DNA of 63,486 bases, filler included, from Chiloscyllium plagiosum (taxonomy: Eukaryota): NCBI RefSeq assembly GCF_004010195.1. It is 5 parts of one record of this genome, joined end to end, with 100 filler letters (N's around TTAATTAATTAA, not from the genome) between each part and the next. Parts side by side here need not be neighbours in the genome. Positions count along the whole stretch, not along the records: positions 1 to 26,794 come from NC_057717.1; 4 more parts are not named here. One strand, 5' to 3'. Within the stretch, counting starts at the first letter, position 1. Each line of letters begins with the position of its first letter. The notes under the pieces are model-generated. The model was not told the origin of the DNA. It did no database searches and saw nothing but the letters and a program-made list of their open reading frames with translations. Both the position numbers and the translations under genes were made by a program. Below, piece by piece: positions 1-12,992 of the stretch.

Positions 1-1784
1 CTGCGCTGGTGGCCTCCCTCTGCATCACAAACCAACCATCCAGCCAACTCAGTGGGAGACTGTGTAACTGTTACACACAGAATCAGTCACACAAAAAGGG
101 CAGGAGAAACTTTCATGACAAGGAAAAATGTGTATTTGAGATAAAAATGTTTTCTGCTAGAAATTATATTTTATAATGAGACAAGTGTTTGGAAGCTGCC
201 TTTGGCTGAATACAATAAGGTGAGACAAGTGAAATAACCAGAATGACGAAGTGTGATTGGATATCGATAACCATAAAATAAGTGCATGTTTTTGATTGGT
301 CTGTGGAAAGCATGCTGACTGTTGCATGAATTTATAAATCAGATGAAATATATTGTAAGGAGAGTCCGTCCCTTAGTGAAATGCCATCTGAACACATGCT
401 AGAAGAAACCAAGGGAATGAAGTGTCTGAGAATCGTCTGTTCGGTAACAGGAGCCTGGGGGTCGAATGACTGAAAGTTCCTGTAACATGGAGCTGAGAAA
501 ACCATCAGGTCACCCCCAAACGTATTGAATGTTGGAGCATATTTGAAGTATTGAATGGCCTCATGATGGATTTTAATTGTGTGTGATTTGAAAAATGTAC
601 GTCTCTACTCCAACACGTGTTACGCACTGGGGCACATCCGTTTTTCTGAAACTGGGAAGAAGTTTGAACAATACCTGGAACATTCCATAGTTGACATTCT
701 CCAGAATATTCTATAACTATGTGGGGGGCATTAGAAAGGCAAGAGAGAAAAAGAGGGAAGGTGCTGCATGCAGTAGTGTGAGTGGTGGAACATGAGTCTT
801 GTTCGGGGGTCGGTGCTATAACAGATATACAGTGAATGGGAGGGAGCAGAGAAAATATGGTGACCCTTATCCTGACAGAATTGGGAAGCTTATTGATGCT
901 TGTCCTGTTTTGCTGGACCTTTCTTCAGACCCCAGAAACTGCACTGAGCTGGGTGGTGAGCTCAGACCATGCTCGGTGGGTCTGGTAGTGTGGCCCCCTC
1001 GGGGAAGGGGAAGAGCATGGTTCCCTTTGCACTAGCCCATCCATTAGGACCTCCGTGCTGCTGTCGACAAACCGTGGTGTTATTTCCCCTTCGCTGCCAT
1101 GCTCGGGGAAAATGTACAGGGCAGCTCCAAACTGAGAAAGCGCAACCGTGTGCCCATTGGCCTTTTAAAGATGGCACCAGCGTCAGGGATCACGGAATAT
1201 CCAGGGGCATCCGGCTGACTGTGAGTACCTCCAGACATGATGGGTGGGAGAATCGGGCTGGCATTGTATGAGAGGGACACTATGGAGTGGAATGGGTAGT
1301 TAATGAGATGAGTTTGGTAAGATAGCAACATGAATCTATCTCGGCCTCGTGCAGACAACCCCTCTGTCACCCTCAATGAAAATGTCACTGAGACAGTTTT
1401 TTGTTCGGTTCAGCCCANNNNNNNNNNNNNNNNNNNNNNNNNNNNNNNNNNNNNNNNNNNNNNNNNNNNNNNNNNNNNNNNNNNNNNNNNNNNNNNNNNN
1501 NNNNNNNNNNNNNNNNNNNNNNNNNNNNNNNNNNNNNNNNNNNNNNNNNNNNNNNNNNNNNNNNNNNNNNNNNNNNNNNNNNNNNNNNNNNNNNNNNNNN
1601 NNNNNNNNNNNNNNNNNNNNNNNNNNNNNNNNNNNNNNNNNNNNNNNNNNNNNNNNNNNNNNNNNNNNNNNNNNNNNNNNNNNNNNNNNNNNNNNNNNNN
1701 NNNNNNNNNNNNNNNNNNNNNNNNNNNNNNNNNNNNNNNNNNNNNNNNNNNNNNNNNNNNNNNNNNNNNNNNNNNNNNNNNNAA

Positions 1785-2352
1785 TAAGTTCTAACCTGCC
1801 CAACTTCTGCCTATAACTTAGAGCCTTTAGCCCAGGAAACATCTTTGGAAATTTGTTCTACATTCTTTCTTATTCAATAATATCCTTTCCAGAGCAAGGT
1901 GAACAAAACTGAACACAATAGTCCAACTGCAGCCTAACCAACATCCTGTACAACTGCAACATAACGTCCCACCCAACTTCTATACTCAATGCACTGATGA
2001 AGGCCAATGTGCCAACACCCTTCTTCACTGTCCTGTGTATCTGTGGCTCAAATTTTAGACAACCGAGCACCTGATCTCCAACCGTCCTTTTGTTCCACGA
2101 CACGCCTGAAGGCGCTATCATTCGTCATTAAGCTCCTACCTGGATTTGACTTTACAAAATGCAAGACGTCACACTTATCTATATTATCTATTTCTCAGCC
2201 CACTTCCCCGGCTGATCAAGATACTGCTGCAATTTCTGATAACGTTCCTCACTGTAAACGATGCCTCCTGTTTTAGTGTCATCTGTAAACTTACTAACGT
2301 TGTGTTGTGCACTTTGGTCCAAATCATAGGTCTAGATAACAAGCAGTAATGG
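1785..2352 (-). mobile_element. CR1-type LINE RT C-terminal fragment (decayed)
   Basis: Minus-strand peptide 'MLQLYRMLVRLQLDYCVQFCSP' matches the CR1 ORF2 motif LYxxLVRPHLEYCVQFWSP; flanked by N gaps. Confidence 0.85.
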
Positions 2353-2852
2353 NNNNNNNNNNNNNNNNNNNNNNNNNNNNNNNNNNNNNNNNNNNNNNNN
2401 NNNNNNNNNNNNNNNNNNNNNNNNNNNNNNNNNNNNNNNNNNNNNNNNNNNNNNNNNNNNNNNNNNNNNNNNNNNNNNNNNNNNNNNNNNNNNNNNNNNN
2501 NNNNNNNNNNNNNNNNNNNNNNNNNNNNNNNNNNNNNNNNNNNNNNNNNNNNNNNNNNNNNNNNNNNNNNNNNNNNNNNNNNNNNNNNNNNNNNNNNNNN
2601 NNNNNNNNNNNNNNNNNNNNNNNNNNNNNNNNNNNNNNNNNNNNNNNNNNNNNNNNNNNNNNNNNNNNNNNNNNNNNNNNNNNNNNNNNNNNNNNNNNNN
2701 NNNNNNNNNNNNNNNNNNNNNNNNNNNNNNNNNNNNNNNNNNNNNNNNNNNNNNNNNNNNNNNNNNNNNNNNNNNNNNNNNNNNNNNNNNNNNNNNNNNN
2801 NNNNNNNNNNNNNNNNNNNNNNNNNNNNNNNNNNNNNNNNNNNNNNNNNNNN

Positions 2853-4086
2853 ACAAGTGCAGTGCCACAAGGATCGGTGCTGGATCCACTACTTTTTGTC
2901 ATTGACATAAATGATTTGTATGCGAGCATAAGAGGTACAGATAGTAAGTTTGCAGATGACACCAAAATTGGAGGTGTAGTGGAGAGCGAAGAGTGTCACC
3001 TCAGATTGACCAAATAGCCAATGGGCTGAGAAGTGGCAGATGGAGTTTAATTCAGATGAAGGCGAGTTGGTGCATTTTAGGAAAGAAAATCTTAGCAGGA
3101 CTTATACACTTAATGGTAAGGTCGCAGGGAGTGTTGCTGAACAAAGAGACCTTGCAGTGCATGTTCATAGCTCCTTGAAAGGGGAGTCGCAGGTAGAAGG
3201 TGTTTCCTTTATTGGTCAGAGTATTGAGTGCAGGAGTTGTAAGATCATGTTGCGGATGTTGAGGACACTAGTTAGGCCAGTGTTGGAATNNNNNNNNNNN
3301 NNNNNNNNNNNNNNNNNNNNNNNNNNNNNNNNNNNNNNNNNNNNNNNNNNNNNNNNNNNNNNNNNNNNNNNNNNNNNNNNNNNNNNNNNNNNNNNNNNNN
3401 NNNNNNNNNNNNNNNNNNNNNNNNNNNNNNNNNNNNNNNNNNNNNNNNNNNNNNNNNNNNNNNNNNNNNNNNNNNNNNNNNNNNNNNNNNNNNNNNNNNN
3501 NNNNNNNNNNNNNNNNNNNNNNNNNNNNNNNNNNNNNNNNNNNNNNNNNNNNNNNNNNNNNNNNNNNNNNNNNNNNNNNNNNNNNNNNNNNNNNNNNNNN
3601 NNNNNNNNNNNNNNNNNGGATGTTGCCAGCGTTGGAGGATTTGAGCTATAGAGAGAGGCTGAACACACTGGGGCTGTTTTCCCTGGAGCGTCGGAGGCTG
3701 AGGGCTGACATTATAGAGGTTTACAAAATTATGAGGGGCATGGATAGGGTAAGTAGGTAAAGTCTTTTCCCTGGTGTCGGGGAGTCAGAACGAGAGGGGA
3801 AAAGGTTTAGAGTCAGAGGGGAAAGATATAATAGAGAACTACGGGGCAACGATTTCACACAGAGAGTGGTACGTGTATGGAATGATCTGCCAGGTGATAT
3901 CGGGGAGGCTGATACAAGTGCAACATTTAAGATGCATTTGGATGGGTAAATGAATAAGAAGGGTTTGGAAGGTTAAGGGCGAGGTGCTGGCAGGTGGGAC
4001 GAGATTGGTTTGGGATATCTGGTCGGCTTGGAATGGTTGGACCAAAGGGTCTGTTTCCATGCTGTACATCTCTATGACTCTATGAC
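2853..4086 (+). mobile_element. CR1-type LINE 3' portion (RT + 3' UTR + short tandem tail)
   Basis: 'SAVPQGSVLDPLLFVIDINDL...SKFADDTKIGG' RT motifs; 3' UTR ending 'ctatgactctatgac'; interrupted by an N gap. Confidence 0.9.
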
Positions 4087-4842
4087 TTATATTACTCTCT
4101 GTTTTATGATGCACCATACTGGTGAGAAAGTCCAAAGGGATATTCCCCATGATGAGCTTACAAACACCCAACAGACCGGGGGAGTTTTCAGACATCCAAC
4201 ACAACAGAATATTTTTTCCAGCCCAGAAAGTAAGGATTTTTTTTCGCATATGCATCTACGTAAGATATTCTGGGCATGCCCAGGAAAGAGAAATCGGGTC
4301 CATCTCCAATTCGGTTCCCAAGACACACTCTACCACACCTAACACTGTGCTCCAAAGTATACAAAGCCTGCAGCAGGACCACATGCAATGAGTAAGAGTG
4401 GCTATAGTCATTCTGCATTTAGGACATGCTGAAGACAATCCCACTTTGAATTTTGAGAGAAGATCTGGTGTCAGATAGACGCTATGAAGAATTTTCAACT
4501 GAAGGGAATGGGTCCTATTACTGATCAAAATCCTACGAGCATTTTCACAAATATCCTTCCATGTCTCCGAAGAGATCTAAACCCCCAACTCTCTCGCACA
4601 GACGTCATGAAGCTGCACAGTCTTGTCTGAGGGGCCACTATCCAATTAATGATAAAGGGTTCTGACAGAGAGTGTATTCTTAACAATAAGCAACCGCTTC
4701 TCAATCGGATCTGTAAGAGTATATTAAAAGTTTCTATTAATCAAATCTCTAATCTGGAAAAAAATGAAGAGGTCTCTACTAGGTATTCCATACTTACGAG
4801 TTATTTGATCAAATGATATCATTGTTTCTCCCTCAAGTAATA

Positions 4843-5150
4843 CGTGGTGGCTCAGTGGTTTGCACTGCTGACTCACAGCACCAGTGTCACGGGTTTGGTT
4901 CCTGTCTTGGCTTTGTGCAGTTAGTATATTCTCAATTGTGTCTACGTCGGTTTCCTCCCACATTCACAAAGATGTGCAGGTTAGATGACTTGGCCATTGC
5001 TACATCGCTCATAGTGTTCCAAGATCTGTAAGTTGGGGCATTAGTCATGGCAAATATAGGATGGTAGGGGAATAGGTCTGCGTGGGTTACTCTTCAGAGG
5101 ATCTAAGTGGACTTGCTGGGCCCAAGGACCTGTTTCCACACTGTAGGGAT
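4843..5150 (+). mobile_element. tRNA-derived SINE (HE1-like) nested in L1
   Basis: A-box 'gtggtggctcagtggtttgcactgctg', degenerate B-box 'gggtttggttcc', CR1-like 3' tail 'gggcccaaggacctgtttccacactgtaggg'. Confidence 0.8.
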
Positions 5151-6039
5151 TCTACTAATTCTAAATCACCCAAACAAAGTATCCCCCTCGCTGCCCACAG
5201 TTTAAACCTGGAATCAATTTTCCCAGGTTGACAACCCGGTATACCAATTATAGGGGTAAGAAACATGGTTTTTGTTGTATTGCCCTCGATCTGACGCATT
5301 GTCCTTCAAGTTTTAACAGTATTGATAATCATTAGTTTTTGACAATGCTTCACAAATGTTGTCATTTTATCTAAGAATAACAGACTAATAAGGGTTCACT
5401 TTGTCTGAGAGGGCTCAATGTCTAGCCGTATTGACGCCGAGTCCTCAACGGTCCAGGCACTAACATAGGATGATAAAAGAGCTTAATTGATTGCTTTTAA
5501 TCGGGGAGATTTACCACCCACAATCTGTGGGGCAGTTGCAATTTTGTTAGCTTGATAAAGAATCGCTTCTGGTACCAAATAAAAGAGCTAAACCAGCAAT
5601 TATGTTTCCTGAATATCTGTCTGGGAAACATCAAAGAAAGCATTCGCACGGGGTGTAGGAAATGAGGAAGGACATTCATTTTAATAACAGCTATCCGACC
5701 TAGCCAGGATTTTGGAAATGCCTCCCATCTTTGAAGGATTTTAAAAATTTTGTCAAACTAATGGACACAGTTCACGTCAAATAAATGATCAAAGACAGAT
5801 GTAATGAATATACTGAAATAGGGAAACTACACCAGTGACCATTTAAAAGGAAACCAGGATTTGCCCTCAGTATCAGGTATTTCCCTAAGACATCCCATAG
5901 GTATGGCCTCCAATTTGTAAAATTAATCTTATCACCCAAAAAGGCAACAAGCGAATTAATGCATTGCATCACATGAACGACCGAAATTGCGGGATTTGAC
6001 AAAAAAATAAGACCCTCATCTGCACACAATGTAATCTTA

Positions 6040-6221
6040 CCCAGAGAGAAGTGGGGGCATGGAATTCGCCGCCTGTGGGTGTGGCAGAGTCAGAATCATT
6101 GGTGACCTTTAAGCAGCAGTTGGATAGGTACATGGATGGGTGCTTAAGCTAGGACAAATGTTCGGCACAACATCGTGGGCCGAAGGGCCTGTTCTGTGCT
6201 GTAATGTTCTATGTTCTATGA
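6040..6221 (+). mobile_element. 5'-truncated CR1 3' end nested in the L1 RT
   Basis: Nearly identical to 52820-53003; ends in a (tgttcta)n tail. Confidence 0.9.
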
Positions 6222-7974
6222 TTTCTATCCCACTGCTGGGGTAGATGTGTTGACATCCATGCGGATGGCCTCCGCCAGTGGCTCAATCACCAACGTAAAC
6301 AACAATGGTGAAAGGTGTCAACCTTGTCGGCTGCCTGGAGAAATATTAATATTACTGGGTGGCCACACCATTAGTGAGAACTGCAGCCAGAGGATCGCGG
6401 TAAAGAGCCCTCACCCACTTGATAAAAACTTTGCGTAGACCAAACCGTTCTCATGTACAGAAGAGATCCGGCCACTCAACCCAATCAAATGCCTTCTCTC
6501 TTCTAAAGTGATCAATAATCCCTGGGCAGATTGTTGTTGACACTCTTGGATCATATTGAGTAACCTCTTAACAGTGTAGGAAGATCTGTGGCCCTTTATA
6601 AAGCCTGTTTGGTCCTCTTTGGCAATGGAAGGCAGTAAAGTTTCCAACCTAAATGCACGAGTCTCAGACAGGATTTTGAAATCAACATTTAAAAGTGAGA
6701 TCGGCGTGTAAGAAGCACAATCCTCCAGGGTCTTCCTTTCTTCAGCGTCAGAGAGATATGAGCCTCTCTTAAGGATGGAGGGAGGGGTTAGTGACTGTAT
6801 GAGTGACGGAACGTGTTAAACATCAGCCCTGAAAATAGGTTTATACATTTTTTATAAAATTCACTAGGAAATCCGTTAGGATTGTGCACCTTTACATTCT
6901 GAAGCTGCTTCACACCCTACTGTACTGACAATGGTGCATTAAGGCACAACACCTATTCAGGGGTTACTCCTGGAAGACCCAGGTTCTTGAAAAATGACTT
7001 CATCTTAATCCAGCTATCCTCAAAATGTTCAGTCTGAAATAATTCGGAGAAAAATCTCGGACAGGCTGCATTAATCTTTTTGGAATCGAAGGTAAGGATT
7101 CCAATACCTTCCCTAATTAAGGCAATGGCTTGAGAGGGGCGCTCGTTTTCCTGGCAAGATAGAATAAATACCTGCCTGGCTTATCACTATGTTCAAACTG
7201 CCTTTGATTTACAAAAGTAAGTACCTTCTTGGCTGTCTGTGTGAGCGTGGAATTCACAGTAGACTGAAGCGTTGTAATCCTCTGCAACTTAGCCACTGAC
7301 GGTCAATCACAGTACGCCCTCTCGGCTGCCCTCAGCTGTGCCTCAAACCAACGATCCTGCTCCCCCTTCTGCTGCATCCTAAGGAATAATTATTCCCTTG
7401 GCATAAGCCTTAACAATTTCCAATAGGATGGATGGGTTACTGATTAAATCTTAATTAATGGCTAAGAAAGATCTGAATTCATTAGAGAACTACTCAATGA
7501 TCTAACTAGCCTTATGAATAAAGGGATATATTCGCCGGTGTCTCGAATCTGTCATATTGCCCTTAATGTTAATCAATAAGTATGGTCAGAAATGGCAATA
7601 TTCCCAATTATGCAGGATGCCACCGAAAGGAAGATTGTTGCAGGGATGGGGAAGAGATCAATCCTCGTGTGGCATTTCTGCGGGTTAAAGGAGAAAACAA
7701 AATCCCTACTTGTGAGGTAGACCTGCCTCCAGACATCCACCAGCTCTACAGAAACTAAAACTACTACAACGGGCAAGCTCTCAAAATTTTCCAAAACTAA
7801 ACATATAAAAAAACCAAAAAACAAACAAAATCGATTGGGGAATTTAAAATGTCCACAAAATTTTCGCTTTCTCTGCAGAGTCAGACGAGTTCATGGATCC
7901 ATTAAATGCAATACAGAGAACCGTTGGGTACCAGAGGGAATACTGTTTCCCGAATCCCCTTACTCTTCTCTTGA

Positions 7975-10016
7975 TAGGTGTTAGACTTGGAAGTAGGTGA
8001 GCACTTTGGTGATAGAGATCACAATGCTGTTATGTTTACTTTACTGATATAAAGGAATAGGTGTATACCACTGGGCAAGAGCTACAGCTGGGGTGAAAGG
8101 CAATTACGGTGCGATTGGGCAACATTTAGGAAGTATAGGATGGAGAAGGAAACTGCAGGGGATAGGCGCATTGGAAATGTGGAGCTTATTCAAGGAAAAA
8201 CTCCTGAGCGTCCTAGATGAGTATGTACCTGTCAGGCAGGGAGGAAGCTATAGAGTGCAGGAGCCGTGGTTTATGAAGCAAGTTGAATCTCTGGTCAAGA
8301 GGAAGAAGAAGCCTTATGTTCGGATAAGATGTCAAGGCTCAGTTAGGGCGCTTGAGGGTTACAAGGTAGCCAGGCAAGACATAATGAGAGATCAAAGAAG
8401 AGCCAGGAGGAGGCATGAGAGGTTGTTGGCGCATAGGATCAGAGTAAACCCTAAGGCTTTCTGTAGGTATTTAAGGAATAAAAGAATAACGAGAGTAAGA
8501 TTAGGGCCAACCAAGGAGAGTAGTGGGAAGTTGTGTGTTCAATCAGAGGAGATAGGGGAAACACTAAATGAATATTTTTCAACAATATTCACTTTAGAAA
8601 ACGACAATGTTGTCGAGGAGATTACTGAGACAAAAGACTACAAGACAAGGTGTGATTGAGTTTCACAAGGAGGAGGTATTAGAAATCCTGCAGAGTGTTG
8701 AAATAGATAATTCCCCTGTGCTAGATGGGATTTATCCTAGGATCATCTGGGAAGCCAGGGAGGAGACCGCCGAGACTTTGGCATTGATCTTTGAATTGTC
8801 ATTGCCTCCACGAATAGTGCCAGAACACTGAAGGATAGCAAATGTGGTTCTTCTGTTCAAGAAGGGGATAGAGACAATCCTGGTAATTATAGCGATAAGA
8901 TTCCCCACAGTGGGCTATTGTACAAAATGCGGAGGAAGGGATTGTGGGAGATATAGCAGTTTGGATCAGAAATTGGCTTGCTGGAAGAAGACAGAGGGAG
9001 GTGGTTGATGGGAAATGTTCATCCTGCAGTCCAGTTACCAGTGGTATACTGCAAGGGTCGATATTGGGTCCACTGCTGTTCGTCATTTTTATAAACGACC
9101 TGGATGAGGGCATAGAAGGGTGGGTTGGTAAATTTGCAGACAACACTATGTTGGCGCAGCTGTGGATAGTGACGAAAGGTGTTGTCGGTTACAGAGAGAC
9201 ATAGAAAAGCTGCAGAGCTGGGCTGAGAGGTGGCAAATGGAGTTTAATGTGGACAAGTGTGAGGTGATTCACTTTGATCGGAGTAACAGGAACGCAAAGT
9301 ACTGGGCTAATGGTAAGATTCTTGGGAGTGTAGATGAACAGAGAATTCTCGATGTCCAGGTACTCAGATCCTTGAAAGTTGCCACCCAAGTTGACAGGGT
9401 TGTTAAGAATGTATACAGTGTTTTAGTTTTTGTTAATAGAGCGATCGGTTCTGGAACCATGAAGTTATGCTACAGCTGTACAAAACTCTAGTGCGGCCGC
9501 ACTTGGCTTATTGTGTACAGTTCTGGCCACCGCATTATAAGAAGGATGTAGAAGCTTTGGAAAGGGTGCAGAGAAAATTTGCTAGGATGTTGCCTGGTAT
9601 GGAGGAAAGGTCTTACGAGGAAAGGCTGAGGGACTTGAGGCTGTTTTCGTTAGGGAGAAGAACGTTGAGAGGTGATTTAATAGAGACATATAAGACAATC
9701 AGAGGGTTAGATCGGGTTGACAGGGAGACCTTTTTTCCACGAATGGTGACGGCGAAGGGGCATAGCTTTAAATTGACGGGTGATAGATATAGGACAGATA
9801 TCAGAGGTAGTTTCTTTACTCAGAGAGTAGTAAGGGTATGGAATGCTTTCCCTGTAACGGTAGTAGATTCGACAAGTGTAAGTGCATTTAAGTCGTCATT
9901 GGACAGGCAAATGGGGGTACATGGAATAGTGTACTTGGGATGGGCCTCAGATTGGTATGACAGGTCGGCGCAACATCGAGGGCCAAAGGGCCTGCACTGC
10001 GCTGTAATGTTCTGTG
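7975..10016 (+). mobile_element. CR1-type LINE (EN C-terminus, RT, 3' UTR) with internal deletion, inserted in L1
   Basis: 'GEHFGDRDHN', 'NPKAFCRY', 'DGIYPRII', '[17 protein letters not shown]', 'KFADNT', 'LYKTLVRPHLAYCVQFW', 'FFTQRVVRVWN'; part of the RT is missing near 8890. Confidence 0.93.
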
Positions 10017-11334
10017 TTATATATCATTAAATGATTTTTTTTAAATGAATCACCGCTGTTGAAAAGTCCCAAAAGGACATAATCCTGGAACGTTTGAATT
10101 AAAGCCATCGGAGTTCTGGAAGCTTCCATTAGTCTTTGTTTATCCCATAACTATGTAACCACACAAGGACAGAGCGAGAGCGCTGGTCTGAGCCTGACCT
10201 GTGCACCGTAACCCGATGAACTGTCTCAGTCTTCGCCCGTCCCTCTTCAGTTTCGAAGTGAAGGAATCGCTGCAGCCAGTTCTCAAACAATACTCACTGG
10301 CTGACCACCTGCTGTCTGGGCCAGCAGACTGACCATGTGAACATTCTTCATCCTGCCCCTGTTATCGAGGTCGTCATCATGTTCAGTTAAGGTACGGACT
10401 TGTTTTTCAAGGGCTTGGATCCTCTCCTGAGAGGAATCGATCGCGGTCTCTGCCACTGCGTTCGGAGCTTGACATCGTCTGTTATGTTTCCAAGGCTGTC
10501 AAGTTGCTCCTCATGTTTATGGAGCGCGTCTGAGAGTGGCAGTGGTGTTAGCCACGGTTGAACTTTTCTTTAATCATGCCTTCAATCATTTCAGGTAACT
10601 TGGTGAACTCAGTGACCGAGGCCTGGTGACTAACTGGGTCTATTGAACGAGCAGAGTGGGTTGCAGTGGCGGCCTCAGGCATGCTCGATGCTTCTGACGG
10701 GTACACCGTGTGTGGGACTTACTCGATCCTATCCAGTGTTTTGTCATTTCCACTTGATAAACTGGGATCAATAAAGATTCTGTCACTCTTTTAGGGTTGA
10801 AGTTTAAGCAAATTGCAGGGATGGAGTGGGTTAGGGAACCACTTTGCCCGTGCTGTGATGCAGAGCCCAACAAAACAGACTTTCGGAATCGCCGCTATCT
10901 TGGATTTCCTCTTAACATTTTATCGATATTATCATTTTATTTTGCATTATATTCCTGGATGTTCTGGAGCAATGTGNNNNNNNNNNNNNNNNNNNNNNNN
11001 NNNNNNNNNNNNNNNNNNNNNNNNNNNNNNNNNNNNNNNNNNNNNNNNNNNNNNNNNNNNNNNNNNNNNNNNNNNNNNNNNNNNNNNNNNNNNNNNNNNN
11101 NNNNNNNNNNNNNNNNNNNNNNNNNNNNNNNNNNNNNNNNNNNNNNNNNNNNNNNNNNNNNNNNNNNNNNNNNNNNNNNNNNNNNNNNNNNNNNNNNNNN
11201 NNNNNNNNNNNNNNNNNNNNNNNNNNNNNNNNNNNNNNNNNNNNAACATTCCGTCCATCATGTCCACATTGACCCTCGGAACAGTACCGCCGCCCCAGAT
11301 CTGCCCCCCTTCTCTATCCATGTAACCCTGCAAT

Positions 11335-11570
11335 TCCCATGACTAACCTATCGAACCTACACATCCCTGGGCACTACGGGCAATTTAGCATGGCCAATCG
11401 CTCTGAGCTGCAAACCTTTGGCCTATGGGCGGAATCTGGAAGGAAACCCACACAGACATGGGGCGAATGTTCAAAATCCACATCGAGGGTGGCCCGAGGT
11501 TGGAATTGAACACAGCTCCTTGATGGTGGGAGGTAGCAGTGCTAACCATAGATCCACCACGCGCATCCCT
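11335..11570 (-). mobile_element. tRNA-derived SINE (HE1-like)
   Basis: Reverse complement reads 'gtggtggatctatggttagcactgctacctcc...gtgttcaattccaacctcggg' (A/B boxes) followed by the same body as 32018-32320. Confidence 0.8.
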
Positions 11571-12788
11571 TAGTTCTATTAGTTATTTGTGGCTGATTAA
11601 AGAAATCTGTCTGACTTGTTCCTGTCACTGAACCTGACCCAGTCTGAGACCTTTATCATTGGCCATATCATCAACCTGGTTACATTTAAAATGTGTTGTG
11701 AGCAGTGGAGGAGTGGGACTAGAAAAGGAAACGGTAACACGCTCCAACCTCAGGAATATAGGAGAAATTCACAAAGTGGGAATTCTCTTTCACAAATGTT
11801 TGGGATGGCCAGACATTTATATTATAACGAGGCTGTCTTTGTCTAATTTCCGATTGACAGGTGAATCAGGGATAATAGTGTATGGAGAGAAAAGTGCAGC
11901 TGGGACCACAATGAGATGAGCCATGACCTCATTTACTGGTGGAGTAGTGTCAAAGGGCCGAATGGCCCTCTCGTGTCCCTCAGTCGTATGTTCTGATGTT
12001 CCATTCAGCCCTTCCGACCTGCGACGTGGTGGCAGATCGTGGCCACTCCGATGGTTTGGTGTAGGTTGGGAGATTTCTTGGAAAATCCAGGCTGGGTCAG
12101 GAAGTGAACCCCCTACACCAATCCCTGTTTCCAGGCTTCCCCTCTCTGTAACTTCTGCTCCAAATGTGGGTCATGTTGCAGCCCCAGATACGTTGGGAAT
12201 ACAGCCCCCATACCCCACCCAGGTTAAATCAACAAATCCTCCGCTCTCCCTGAATGCAACATTTTACAACACGATTTCTAGGAAAATAACACGTTACTTT
12301 CCAAAAGTATAATGTGAAATGAATAAATAGGAACAGGAGCAGGTCATTCCGCCCATCAAGCTAGCCCTGTCATTTCATGAGAATATGGCTGATCTACTCC
12401 AGGGCTCAACTCCACTTTCTTGCCGACTCCTTGTATCCCTCCACAACTCGCTGGGTGAGGGAATTCCAAACATTCACTACCTTCTGAGATAAGACATCGG
12501 TTTGCATCTCAGATTGAAATCGAAGTTCCTTATTCGGTATCTATATCCTCGAGTTCGACACTTTGGCCAGAATGGAAACAACTTCTCAATATCTACCTTT
12601 CTATGTTTTGTATTTGTATCACTCTTCATTAATTTAAACCCCAATGAATAATCGCCTCACCATTTTAGAGATTCTCAATAACACAACCCTTTCATCCCAG
12701 GAACCCGTCTATACTACCAACCTAGTTATTTGCTGCATCAGCTTGCTGACTTTATGTTTCATACAAGGAAGACTCCCAATCCTTTTGT
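11496..12788 (+). repeat. Segmental duplication copy A (partial, gap-bounded on the right)
   Basis: Near-identical to 12993-14320 and 23353-24540. Confidence 0.95.
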
Positions 12789-12992
12789 NNNNNNNNNNNN
12801 NNNNNNNNNNNNNNNNNNNNNNNNNNNNNNNNNNNNNNNNNNNNNNNNNNNNNNNNNNNNNNNNNNNNNNNNNNNNNNNNNNNNNNNNNNNNNNNNNNNN
12901 NNNNNNNNNNNNNNNNNNNNNNNNNNNNNNNNNNNNNNNNNNNNNNNNNNNNNNNNNNNNNNNNNNNNNNNNNNNNNNNNNNNNNNNNNNNN

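Larger units (their letters stand above)
4090..10910 (-). mobile_element. Near-full-length decayed L1-clade LINE (5' UTR, ORF1, EN, RT, Cys-rich C-terminus) with nested insertions
   Basis: Minus strand: 5' 'ccaagatagcggcg' (CAAGATGGCG-like) near 10905; ORF1 'DLDNRGRMKNV' (DLENRSRRNN-like) ~10350; EN 'LVDVWRQ...HTRIDLF...ISDH' 7573-7760; RT 'DQTGFIKG' ~6600, 'GSRQGxxLSPLLFTLVIEPLAEAIR' ~6260-6340, 'CADE' (YADD-like) ~6020; 'LQLKILH...CPKC' ~4420-4500. Confidence 0.9.

Noticed and set aside
1330..3668. ORFs containing long X runs (also at 10.8-11.3, 12.6-13.1, 22.7-23.6 and 48.4-50.3 kb)
   Set aside because: They are open only because they cross assembly gaps.
11923..12312. 129-146 aa ORFs in the duplicated cassette
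   Set aside because: Frameshifted in copy C, no recognisable domain, and they overlap decayed LINE tail sequence.
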